Source of the DNA: Nanobdellota archaeon
GTDB lineage: Archaea > Nanobdellota > Nanobdellia > Woesearchaeales > GW2011-AR9
Assembly: GCA_030697505.1 (NCBI GenBank)
Contig: JAUYPX010000018.1
Span: forward strand, 3,265-67,264
Direction: 5' to 3'
DNA: 64,000 nt
Position numbers and translations under genes: made by a program. Position 1 is the stretch's first letter. The number at the start of each line of letters is the position of its first letter. Below the pieces are notes generated by a model. That model had not been told where the DNA came from, made no database searches, and saw nothing but the letters and a program-made list of their open reading frames with translations. Below are positions 18,882-27,218 of the stretch, one piece after another.

Positions 18882-19472
18882 ATGGACAACAACGATCCGG
18901 ATGATGATTATCTGCCGATCAGAAAAAAGCGACATCTTTACTTGGCTGTTGATAATGATCCAGAGTATCATGAAAGGCCCGGCGTTAAAGGGCTGGAAGA
19001 ACAGAAAGAAAAAGAGGTTAAGAAATCGGTCTCGACCAAAAAGAAAGAGAAGGAAAACAAAGGAAGCAAAGGAAAGGTGATTCTAACAGAAGAAGAACAC
19101 CAAGAATATATAGACACGATAAATAATTCAAAAAGTAAAATTGCGCGATACCAGTATGGCATACTGGGAGCCTTGACCATGGGGATGCTGGCAGGATTTT
19201 ATTTCAGACCTACTCTTCAAGAAGACATGCCTGAAAATAAGCCCGCTGAAATAGTCCCATTATATAAGGATTTAAACCATGACGGCATTCCGGATGCATA
19301 TGTGAAATTACAAAATGGACACAAGGTCCCTATGTATGGCATGCGTAATGGCAGCGGCAATAGCATCAGGTATGTTACGGCAGAAGAGATGAAGAAAAGA
19401 GGTAACATTGATGATTATGATGCCTTGGAATATCGCCTTAACTATCCTCCAGAAAATTCAAGATATTTTTAA
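18882..19472 (+). CDS. hypothetical protein with one TM segment
   Basis: ORF; the K/E-rich N-terminus is followed by a hydrophobic helix. Confidence 0.3.
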   Translation: MDNNDPDDDYLPIRKKRHLYLAVDNDPEYHERPGVKGLEEQKEKEVKKSVSTKKKEKENKGSKGKVILTEEEHQEYIDTINNSKSKIARYQYGILGALTMGMLAGFYFRPTLQEDMPENKPAEIVPLYKDLNHDGIPDAYVKLQNGHKVPMYGMRNGSGNSIRYVTAEEMKKRGNIDDYDALEYRLNYPPENSRYF

Positions 19473-19518
19473 GTGTTAAATTAAGCTTAAAGCAAATAGC
19501 ATAAAAGTTCGATAACAT

Positions 19519-19528
19519 TTTTAAAATA
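19519..19528 (+). promoter_or_regulatory. archaeal TATA-box-like element about 24 nt upstream of the ATG at 19547
   Basis: ttttaaaata at the appropriate distance from the start codon. Confidence 0.35.
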
Positions 19529-19546
19529 AGAAGCCAAAAAAGGCTT

Positions 19547-20821
19547 ATGACTACTTTTCATATCCAGACTTCAGGATGCTCGACCAACCAGGCTGATGCT
19601 GAGCAGATGGCCGGCTTGCTAAAACAAGCAAAATTTGAGTTAGTGGAGACCATCGAAGATGCAGATGTGGTGGTGTTTAATGCCTGCACCGTAAAGGCTC
19701 CTCGGGAAAATTCTTTTTTCACAGAATTAGAGCAGTTCAAGAAAGAACATCCCTATAAAATAGCGATCATCGCCGGGTGCGCCCTCCAGGCGGATAAGCA
19801 GAAATTAAAAGCTTATGCTCTTCTCGGCACTAAGCGGATCCATAACATCGTCCAGGTGGTTGAAGAAGCATTGCATGATAATGTCTTGCAATTGTTGAAC
19901 AATGAAGAAATGCCCCCGCTGAATTTGCCGAGAGTAAGGAAGAATCTTCTGATAGAAATTCTCCCCATCAGCAGAGGCTGTTTAGGAGCTTGCCCATCTT
20001 GTAAAACAAAAAAAACGCGGGGAAATCTGGCATCGTATCCGATGGCAGAAATCGTAGAGGCAGCAAAAAAAGCAGTATCAGAAGGAGTGAAAGAAATCTG
20101 GCTGGCCTCTCACGATACATTCTGCTATGGTTTTGATATAGGAACCGATTTGCCGGCCTTGCTTGAACAGTTAGTGCTGATCCAAGGGGATTTCAAGATC
20201 CGCATCGGGATGGGAAATCCCGACCATATGCCCAAATTTGAAACTAAGCTGGTAGAACTCTACAGAAATCCTAAAATCTTCAAATTTCTGCATCTTCCTT
20301 TGCAGGCCGGCCATGATGAAACCCTGAAGGCGATGCGCCGCTGTCATACTGTAGAAGAATATGTACATGTCGTAAATCTGTTCCAAAGAGAGATTCCGGA
20401 GATAAATATCATGACCGACATCATGGTCGGCTATCCTACCGAAACAGATGATCATTATTGGGGAACGTTGGAAGTAGTACGTAAAACCACACCCGATGCG
20501 ATTAATATTTCCCGCTTCTGGCCCCGGCCGGAAACTGCAGTGGTTAATCTAGAAGAACTGCCGGAAGAAGTAGTTGCCCACCGATCCAAAGTATTGACAG
20601 ATATCTTTCACAATGTTTCCAAACTGCGGAATGAACGTTGGGTAGATTGGAAAGGCGAAATTATCATTGATGAAAAAGGAAAAGAAGAACGGCAGTGGAT
20701 CGGCAGGAATGATTCTTATAAACAGATTGTCGTCGAAGGGGATTTTAAGTTAGGCGATAAGCTGAAAGTGCAGATCGTGAAAGCGGAGACCTTTGAGTTA
20801 CGAGGGAAAGTGATTTTGTGA
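19547..20821 (+). CDS. mtaB: tRNA threonylcarbamoyladenosine methylthiotransferase (MiaB-like radical SAM, archaeal/eukaryal MtaB-CDKAL1 type)
   Basis: N-terminal MTTase domain (GCSTNQADAE...NACTV), radical SAM Cys motif (SRGCLGACPSC) and a C-terminal TRAM-like domain. Confidence 0.7.
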   Translation: MTTFHIQTSGCSTNQADAEQMAGLLKQAKFELVETIEDADVVVFNACTVKAPRENSFFTELEQFKKEHPYKIAIIAGCALQADKQKLKAYALLGTKRIHNIVQVVEEALHDNVLQLLNNEEMPPLNLPRVRKNLLIEILPISRGCLGACPSCKTKKTRGNLASYPMAEIVEAAKKAVSEGVKEIWLASHDTFCYGFDIGTDLPALLEQLVLIQGDFKIRIGMGNPDHMPKFETKLVELYRNPKIFKFLHLPLQAGHDETLKAMRRCHTVEEYVHVVNLFQREIPEINIMTDIMVGYPTETDDHYWGTLEVVRKTTPDAINISRFWPRPETAVVNLEELPEEVVAHRSKVLTDIFHNVSKLRNERWVDWKGEIIIDEKGKEERQWIGRNDSYKQIVVEGDFKLGDKLKVQIVKAETFELRGKVIL

Positions 20822-20902
20822 TTTGGAGTTATAAAACCTAAAAATTCTAATAAGTGCAAAATGGAGGAATATTTATAAAAGAGATACTTTCTGGAGTCTT
20901 GT

Positions 20903-21673
20903 ATGAAATTTATTAGAGTTAATAATGGAAAATTATCAACGCCAGTAGTCCAATATAGGAGAGGAGATTCAACTATTACCGCAATAGGTGTTATCCACCT
21001 CGGTGAGAAGAGATATTATCATCAAGTGCAAAAGGTACTAGACTCGGTTAGCTATGGATTTTATGAAGGGGTAAGGCCGGTGTCTGATCTAAATTCTGTA
21101 CCAGAAGGTAGACAGAAGTATCTTACCCAGTTCGCATCACTGAGTGAAACCTACAGAACACTTGCTACTTATTTTGGTTTGGTAGCCCAGAAGGACAACT
21201 TGGCCTATGCAGATGGCTGGCGTAATTCAGACATTACTCTTGATCAACTTATTGTTGCTTCTCCAGAAAAAGTATTAAAGAAATTCAGTCGTCTTCCTGA
21301 GAGTATGGAGAAAATGCGACTATATCATGAAGCTGATCCTCAGGCTTTGGCTAGGGTGGTGAAAGGAGCGAGTATGTTTATGTTCAAGTATCTCGGGTTA
21401 GCAATTACCGCCATGAATTGGAGTTGGAATAAAGTTATCCTGGATCAGCGTAACCAAACTTTGTTCAAGTCTCTAGAACCTGATCTCGAGAAGGAAGATT
21501 TGGGGATTATCTACGGTGCAGGCCATCTGAAAGGAATTGATAGGTATCTAAGAAAAAATGGTTTCAAGCAGGAAGGAGCAGAATGGCTCCCAGCTTGGGA
21601 ACTTGATCAAGAGCTGTCTTTCTCAGAAGCACTTAAAAGGATATCAACGGTGCAGAATAAATCAAAGAAATAA
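20903..21673 (+). CDS. TraB/GumN-family-like protein
   Basis: The N-terminal TAIGVIHLGEKRYYH resembles the GTxHV motif region of the TraB family; weak. Confidence 0.3.
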   Translation: MKFIRVNNGKLSTPVVQYRRGDSTITAIGVIHLGEKRYYHQVQKVLDSVSYGFYEGVRPVSDLNSVPEGRQKYLTQFASLSETYRTLATYFGLVAQKDNLAYADGWRNSDITLDQLIVASPEKVLKKFSRLPESMEKMRLYHEADPQALARVVKGASMFMFKYLGLAITAMNWSWNKVILDQRNQTLFKSLEPDLEKEDLGIIYGAGHLKGIDRYLRKNGFKQEGAEWLPAWELDQELSFSEALKRISTVQNKSKK

Positions 21674-21747
21674 CTAAAATTCATTATTTTAATTCAAAAA
21701 CTTTATTCTTATTTTATATAGGATGCAATTGTTTATGGTGCAAAGCC

Positions 21748-22332
21748 TTACATTTCGGCACTTGATTCTTTTCTCATCTCTTCTTCAACTTTCCTCATGA
21801 TCTCTGCTTCTTTCAGAGGCGCTATCTTCTTTCCTTCATATGATTGGAGCAAGTTTTTGACCTGGCCATAAATATAGGCAGTGTCACCAACTAGTTGGCG
21901 AAGAAAATCTTCTTCGATCCGGAATTTATATATATATTTGTGGATCACACTCCTCATAAAATACGAGAAGGGCTTAAGGCCCCAACGGCCTTCATGGTTG
22001 GTTATGGACCAGGCGTCAAAGGCGATAAGCACATCGCCTTGCTGGTATTTTTGTTTGACTCCGGACACTTCTTTCATGGTTTCTGTGATAGTATCCAAAG
22101 TGATACGGATCTTGATCATCAGCTGCAGGTACGGAGAAACGCTTTTGGAGGGCCGTAATTCCAATTGCAGCAATCTTCCTTCGGGGGTCACCAATTCCTC
22201 GTTCTTCTTTTCGCTTTTTCCGTATCCTCTCTCTTCTATAGCATGATGTATGACTGAGAGCAGTTCACTGGTCCGAAAAACGCCGTGATAGACGATTTTC
22301 TTATTATTGATGAGCAGATTTTTTTCTACCAT
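21748..22332 (-). CDS. member 1 of an unknown three-paralog family in this window
   Basis: Shares the pattern Y.G.F....L..VI.....E.GY...EK and downstream blocks with 22335..22847 and 27599..28129. Confidence 0.4.
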   Translation of the reverse strand: MVEKNLLINNKKIVYHGVFRTSELLSVIHHAIEERGYGKSEKKNEELVTPEGRLLQLELRPSKSVSPYLQLMIKIRITLDTITETMKEVSGVKQKYQQGDVLIAFDAWSITNHEGRWGLKPFSYFMRSVIHKYIYKFRIEEDFLRQLVGDTAYIYGQVKNLLQSYEGKKIAPLKEAEIMRKVEEEMRKESSAEM

Positions 22333-22334
22333 GT

Positions 22335-22847
22335 TTATCTCCCATAGGCATGAGTGAAGGAATTAAGATATGTTTTTATCTTGTTATGCAGATCTTCCAC
22401 ATCACTCTTAAGCCAGGTCTCTGCTTTGCGATAATGCTCTTTAAAGAAATATTTTTCAAAGAGGATGCTCATGAACCAGTATAAAGGCTTTTCACTCCAT
22501 TTATTCTTACGGTCGCTGATAACATAGCCGTCAAAGACAACCCGCAGCGTGCCCTGGCTGGTTTTGATGACCGTGCTGCCGGCTTGAACATCAACATCCT
22601 TTAGATCAATGACATTCATCTTGATAGAGATGATCAGCTTGTAATAATCAGTGATATTTTTCCAGGGCTCTAAGATGATGCGCATCTGCTTTCCGGAAGA
22701 AGTTACCGTGACTTGGTTCATCTTTTCATACCAGTCGTAGCCTTTTTCATAAAAGAAAGAAGATATTACGTTGTGCAGTTCATCTAGATTGAATAACCCT
22801 TCGTAGGTAAATTTCAGGCGGTCCACAACCAGGTAGCGTTCAACCAT
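22335..22847 (-). CDS. member 2 of the unknown paralog family (tandem with member 1)
   Basis: Collinear similarity to 21748..22332; abuts member 1 on the same strand. Confidence 0.4.
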   Translation of the reverse strand: MVERYLVVDRLKFTYEGLFNLDELHNVISSFFYEKGYDWYEKMNQVTVTSSGKQMRIILEPWKNITDYYKLIISIKMNVIDLKDVDVQAGSTVIKTSQGTLRVVFDGYVISDRKNKWSEKPLYWFMSILFEKYFFKEHYRKAETWLKSDVEDLHNKIKTYLNSFTHAYGR

Positions 22848-22896
22848 TTTTAGAAGGAGAGAATTTAGGCTTATAAATTATACTGTGGGGAATACA

Positions 22897-23017
22897 GGAA
22901 AGCCGCCGCCATGGCCAAGATGCGTCGAGCTAAGAGAGACTTTAGCCAAGGTTAAGTTACTTTTTCCTCCAGTGTTTAGCGAGAAAAAGGCGAAGGGCGC
23001 GGCCAAGGCGGCTTTCC
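22897..23017. ncRNA. candidate structured RNA, copy 1 of a ~125 nt element closed by an 11 bp terminal helix
   Basis: 5' GGAAAGCCGCC pairs perfectly with 3' GGCGGCTTTCC. Internal blocks (GCCATGGCCAAGA, GAGCTAAG, GTT(T)AAGTT, GAAAAAGRCGA) are shared with the second copy at 56794-56919. Confidence 0.35.
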
Positions 23018-23084
23018 GTTAGTATTTATCCATTCCACCATCTAAATCATTAAAAGTTTGTTTTTAATCTTTTAAGAGTCATGA

Positions 23085-23156
23085 AAGTGCGGGAAAGCGT
23101 CTCACCTCGCTCTAAAGAGCGAGGCTTGAAAAGAGACGCTTTCTAATCCCCGCACT
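23085..23156. repeat. about 70 nt nested perfect hairpin in a structured non-coding island
   Basis: Outer stem aagtgcggg/cccgcactt, middle stem aaagcgtctc/gagacgcttt, inner stem cctcgctc/gagcgagg with a taaa loop. Confidence 0.7.
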
Positions 23157-23238
23157 TTGTGACACAAGAAATCAAACGAAGATTTGATTTCTGTGCAGAA
23201 GGACAATGTCCTTCTTGCATAAATAGGCTAGAAAGCAT

Positions 23239-23325
23239 TCGCACAATAAAGCAACGACTTTATTGGCGCATGAGATCAGGAAACTACCCGATTTCAGCGC
23301 AGAAATAAAGTAGTTTCTTTATTTC
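23239..23325. repeat. two AATAAAG-N6-7-CTTTATT hairpin modules (23239-23270 and 23301-23325), diverged members of the structured repeat family seen at 28.6 kb and 40.3 kb
   Basis: cagaaataaagtagtttctttatttc is shared verbatim with 7194-7222 and 40373-40397; gcacaataaagcaacgactttattggc parallels 40476-40500. Confidence 0.7.
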
Positions 23326-23534
23326 TTGCGTCCCAGAAAAATCGTTGTTTTTCTGTGGACATCCTCGTCTTAAAAGACGAGGCTTTCTGCCTATTTAATG
23401 TAAATAAAGAGATAACCTATTCCCTAGACCACAAGAAGGCTGAGCCTTCTGTGCCGAAGGGATGTATCCCTTCGAGCACCAAAAACTTTAATAAGCACAA
23501 TAAAATCGTAAGCCAAAGGGGTGCGTGAAAAAAG

Positions 23535-24170
23535 ATGGTGTCGTTTTTAAAAAGCCTGTTCAAGAAACTGTCATCGAATCCTTTTAGTAAAAAGAGCCAT
23601 ATCAAATTAGGATTGTATGGGCCTCCCAATGGAGGTAAGTCTACCTTAGCCAATAAGATCTGCCAGGACTGGCTGGGAGAAGAGATGTCTACGGTTTCTC
23701 ATATCGCGCACGAGACCAGAGAGATCAAAATCAAGGAGCAGGTCAATATCAAGAACAAGAAAGGCAAGGAACTGACTTTTTCTCTGGTGGACACGCCCGG
23801 TATTTCCACTAAAATCGATTATGAGGAATTCATCCGCAAAGGATTGAAGAAAGTTGAAGCGAAGAAGCGGGCCAAAGAAGCGACCAAGGGAGTGATCGAC
23901 TCCATTAAATGGCTGGATGATATGGATTCAGTAGTAGTGGTCTTAGATGCGACCAAGGATCCTTATTCTCAAGTTAATATTACCATCATCGGAAACTTAC
24001 AGGCCCGTAATATTCCGGTGCTTATCGCCGCTAACAAAGTCGATTTAAAAAAAGCAGGCATTGATACCGTCAAAGCAGCATTTCCGCAGTACAAAGTGGT
24101 GGGAATTTCTGCCAAGTATGGTAAAAATATCGAAGAGTTTTATGAGCAGCTCTTCACTCTTACCAGCTAA
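23535..24170 (+). CDS. small GTP-binding protein of the archaeal GTPase/DUF2073/DUF2072 trio
   Basis: P-loop GPPNGGKST, G3 DTPG, G4 NKVD. Confidence 0.6.
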   Translation: MVSFLKSLFKKLSSNPFSKKSHIKLGLYGPPNGGKSTLANKICQDWLGEEMSTVSHIAHETREIKIKEQVNIKNKKGKELTFSLVDTPGISTKIDYEEFIRKGLKKVEAKKRAKEATKGVIDSIKWLDDMDSVVVVLDATKDPYSQVNITIIGNLQARNIPVLIAANKVDLKKAGIDTVKAAFPQYKVVGISAKYGKNIEEFYEQLFTLTS

Positions 24171-24278
24171 AGAGTTTTCAAGAGCAAGTATTAAAACAGT
24201 AAATGTTAAAAAGGCCAAAAGATTACTATCACTAGGATATAGAGATTAGAAAGAGTTTCCAAAAGAGGTATAGAAGAG

Positions 24279-24674
24279 ATGGTTACGTTTAAGTTTGTAC
24301 CGTATTATGAAATTGAAGGTCTTTCTTCCGCTAAGAGAGTCAATAAACTGCTCAAGATTGTCAAAGAAGACAAGATCGTGATCATGGAAGGACGCCTGCG
24401 TAAGCAGGAAGAAGCCGATTTAATAGAAATCACCATGGAAGAGATTTCCCCCAAGTTTAAAGGGATAGAGTTAAGCGTCATCTATCCCGATAAGGATAAA
24501 CAGGATGCATTGCAAAAACTCAAAGGGATGATGGCGAGTACGTTGCTGGGTGACCGGCAGGGACTTACCATCGTAGGCCCAGCTTCAGTGGTAAAAAAGA
24601 TTGAAAACAATCCTGATAAAATAGAATTATTTACTCGGGAAAGTAGAGCTAAGCAACGGGTAAAGCGCTCATAG
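24279..24674 (+). CDS. DUF2073-family protein (archaeal, usually adjacent to a GTPase and the DUF2072 Zn-ribbon protein)
   Basis: Size and position between the GTPase and the Zn-ribbon protein; assignment by gene order and overall pattern. Confidence 0.4.
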   Translation: MVTFKFVPYYEIEGLSSAKRVNKLLKIVKEDKIVIMEGRLRKQEEADLIEITMEEISPKFKGIELSVIYPDKDKQDALQKLKGMMASTLLGDRQGLTIVGPASVVKKIENNPDKIELFTRESRAKQRVKRS

Positions 24675-24730
24675 GAAGTATATAGTGTTCAATAGAAACT
24701 TATAAAAATAGTAAAATCTACGGTTTCTCT

Positions 24731-25132
24731 ATGCCACATCAATGCGTCCGTTGCAATACCTTCTTTCCTGATGGAGCTGCCGAGATCCTCAAAGGATGCA
24801 GCTGCGGCGCACGCTTGTTCTTTTATATCAAAAAGAAAGATATTGAGTACGGCAAAGAACTGCTTACCAACCTTAGTGAGGAAGATAAGATCAACATCGA
24901 AAAAGATGTGGCAGAAGTGCTGAGCATCCGGGAAGAAGAGCCTGATGCGCCGGTAATTCTTGATCTAGAATCTATCCGCGTGGTAAAGCCCGGGAAATTT
25001 GAAATCGATCTGGTGCATCTGTTCAAGAAAGATCCGTTGATCATCAAGTTGGAAGAAGGAAAATATATGATTGATCTTCCTCAGGCGTTCAAGAAAATGA
25101 AGGAAGATAATGAAGAGAAGGAGAAGAAATAA
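24731..25132 (+). CDS. Zn-ribbon-containing protein (DUF2072-like)
   Basis: N-terminal C4 ribbon (CVRCNT...CSCG) followed by a conserved acidic region; completes the conserved trio. Confidence 0.45.
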   Translation: MPHQCVRCNTFFPDGAAEILKGCSCGARLFFYIKKKDIEYGKELLTNLSEEDKINIEKDVAEVLSIREEEPDAPVILDLESIRVVKPGKFEIDLVHLFKKDPLIIKLEEGKYMIDLPQAFKKMKEDNEEKEKK

Positions 25133-25135
25133 AAA

Positions 25136-25537
25136 ATGAATTTCCAAAATAGATTCTATGCATCAATCTTATCAAGCGCAGCGGTTCTAAATTGTGCTGG
25201 TGGAATGCCTGAACTGCGCAATCCAGAGACACGGCCATTATTTGAAGGAGTATACGTAGGGGAGGTTGAAGGAAGACCGGCACGATATACGGTGGAGAAA
25301 GAAACCTGCATCTTCATTACCAATCAGAAAGTTTCTTTTCCCTATGGATGGGAGATAAGGACCGTATTCATAAGAGATGTTGGTTGCGATAATACTGTTG
25401 ATTCAGCTTCTGATAAATATGGAGTTGTACGAGGTCGTGACTATTTTGTTCAAGAAGGAACCGTCGATGAATTAGATTTTTTACTAGAGCAAGGACAAGG
25501 ATTGGTAAAAAAGGAAAACAGGATTAAAGAAGAATAA
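25136..25537 (+). CDS. hypothetical secreted protein
   Basis: N-terminal hydrophobic signal-like segment. Confidence 0.3.
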   Translation: MNFQNRFYASILSSAAVLNCAGGMPELRNPETRPLFEGVYVGEVEGRPARYTVEKETCIFITNQKVSFPYGWEIRTVFIRDVGCDNTVDSASDKYGVVRGRDYFVQEGTVDELDFLLEQGQGLVKKENRIKEE

Positions 25538-26053
25538 TTACAATTTACTTCTCTGCGCTTTGTCTGAGATAATTGCGCTATGGCCGGAAGGATCTTCAAT
25601 GATTATTTTTAATGGCTCTCGTCCGACTAAAACTTTGTTTAATTTCTTGATCAGATTTTTGGCTTTGGTTTTGGCAGCCGGATCATCTTCTTCCGCATCC
25701 GCAGCAGACTGAATCATGGCTTTGACTTTCTCTAACAATCCTTCCACATTAGTGATGTATCCCTCTGAAGCCGGACCAGATTCGATAGTTATAACCCTCG
25801 GAATTTTTACGGTCGCTTCAGCAGACTTGATGATCTTGATGTTAAGGTCGGCATCAGAAGTGACTTCCAAGGTATATCGGCAGGGCTCCTTTTGTTCAGC
25901 AGGTTCAACATCCGCCTTGCGGTAGCCGCAGCCGGTACAATCCATGGAGAGGACAAAGACCCGGCCAAAGAAAGGTATCTCTACTTCTTCTTCTCTCAGG
26001 GTAAGTTTATTCTCACCGCAAAAGGCGCATTGCTGACCAGTCATTTCTGCCAT
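25538..26053 (-). CDS. ZPR1-type zinc finger protein
   Basis: CAFCGE...CTGCGY C4 zinc finger with IPFFGRV..LSMDC spacing, and a ZPR1-like beta domain after it. Start taken at the internal Met (MAEMTGQQC); the ORF extends to 26095. Confidence 0.55.
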   Translation of the reverse strand: MAEMTGQQCAFCGENKLTLREEEVEIPFFGRVFVLSMDCTGCGYRKADVEPAEQKEPCRYTLEVTSDADLNIKIIKSAEATVKIPRVITIESGPASEGYITNVEGLLEKVKAMIQSAADAEEDDPAAKTKAKNLIKKLNKVLVGREPLKIIIEDPSGHSAIISDKAQRSKL

Positions 26054-26167
26054 GAAAATGTAGAAAGGGAGTTGATTTAAAAAGATTTTGTTCAACCTTG
26101 TTAACTACTTCCCAAATATACTTTCAAGGCTCAAAATCCATATAATTCATGAATTGGCCTTCAGCAT

Positions 26168-27010
26168 ATGAAATATATTAATTTTAACCTAAAAGAACAG
26201 CAAGATTTCATGAAAATAGTTAAAACTAATTCTAATCTTACCTGGAAAGCAATTGCTTATTCTCTTGGGATAAGTAGAAGTATGATCTTTTGTTATCTAA
26301 ACGGAAAATCAAAGATTTCAAAAGAAAACTATGAAAAGCTGTCTGAAATGGCAAAAATTGAACCCCAGTACAATTCTTATGTAATCATAAAGAACAAAAC
26401 TCAAAATATTAACACTCCTAAGCAAATAGATGAAAAACTGGCTGAGTTTATAGGATTATTAGCTGGAGATGGACATGTCTCTAAAATAAATTATGAAATA
26501 TCTGTTACTTGTCATAAAAAATTGGATAAAGATTATGTAAATAACAGAGTAAGTAAGTTATTTCTCGATTTATTTTCAATAGACGCTAAAATTAGAGAGA
26601 GTAAGGAAAACAATGTAGTAAGGTGTTCAGTTCATTCAAAATTGCTTTCAGAATACTTAACCACCAATTTTCTAATACCTCGTGGCAAAAAGAAAGGGAA
26701 ACTTCATATTCCTACACAAATCAGAACTGAAAAAGAACTTTTAATTCCTTACATTAGAGGTTTATTTGATACTGATGGAAGCATTTATTGTCGTAGAAAG
26801 AAAAGCTTAGTCGTTTCAATAATAAGTAGGGATCCAGTATTTCTCAACGAGGTGAAGAATGTTTTAACAGAATTAGGTTATTCTCCCAGCGTGAGCGGAA
26901 AAAACTTATATATTTACAATCAGGAACAAGTCAAGAGATTTATGATTGAAATAAAACCATCAAATCTAAAACATCTTAATAGATACGATAATTTTATAAA
27001 TAAAGTATAA
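26168..27010 (+). CDS. free-standing double-motif LAGLIDADG endonuclease-like protein with an N-terminal HTH domain
   Basis: Two LAGLIDADG-type motifs (FIGLLAGDGHV and RGLFDTDGSI) separated by about 100 aa. The N-terminal 60 aa resembles an HTH (IAYSLGISRSMIFCYLNG). Confidence 0.6.
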   Translation: MKYINFNLKEQQDFMKIVKTNSNLTWKAIAYSLGISRSMIFCYLNGKSKISKENYEKLSEMAKIEPQYNSYVIIKNKTQNINTPKQIDEKLAEFIGLLAGDGHVSKINYEISVTCHKKLDKDYVNNRVSKLFLDLFSIDAKIRESKENNVVRCSVHSKLLSEYLTTNFLIPRGKKKGKLHIPTQIRTEKELLIPYIRGLFDTDGSIYCRRKKSLVVSIISRDPVFLNEVKNVLTELGYSPSVSGKNLYIYNQEQVKRFMIEIKPSNLKHLNRYDNFINKV

Positions 27011-27024
27011 TGGTTTAAGCTTAT

Positions 27025-27197
27025 GCACCGGTGGTCCAACGGCTAAGAGATCTCTAAAAAAAGAACTAGCAAACTTCGGCCTTCCAAGCCGACTATCCGG
27101 GTTCGAATCAAATGTCACGCCATTTGCGAGGCGGAGGGATTTCGCTCTGGCTCAATCCCATAATCGTGACAATTTGTCGAAAGTCCCGGCCGGTGCA
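27025..27197 (+). tRNA. tRNA, probably Gly (anticodon UCC), interrupted by two putative non-canonical introns (about 27054-27075 near position 26/27, and about 27109-27184 in the T-loop/T-stem junction)
   Basis: Acceptor 5' GCACCGG (27025-31) pairs with 3' CCGGTGC (27190-96), discriminator A, no encoded CCA. Anticodon arm TCGGC-CTTCCAA-GCCGA (27076-92). T-arm CCGGG-TTCGAAT (27097-108) pairs with CCCGG (27185-89), which lies immediately 5' of the acceptor 3' strand. Exon lengths 29+34+13 sum to 76 nt. Confidence 0.5.
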
Positions 27198-27218
27198 TTC
27201 CTTTCTTAAAACCATCAC

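Noticed and set aside
22897-23017. The ~125 nt element as a 5S rRNA
   Set aside because: The length and a helix joining the 5' and 3' ends are 5S-like, and a GGTTAAGT word resembles the conserved GAAGUUAAGC. However, the two copies are far too diverged internally for rRNA paralogs. The universal loop C/helix III (CCGAAC) and loop E sequences are absent. No 16S or 23S is nearby.
22897-23017. The ~125 nt element as a miniature RNase P RNA
   Set aside because: GGAAAGCCGCC and GGCGGCTTT superficially resemble P4 strands (GGAAAGUCCGG and CCGGCUUA). The element is far shorter than any known RNase P RNA. The resemblance sits in the terminal helix rather than an internal pseudoknot. It is present in two diverged copies.
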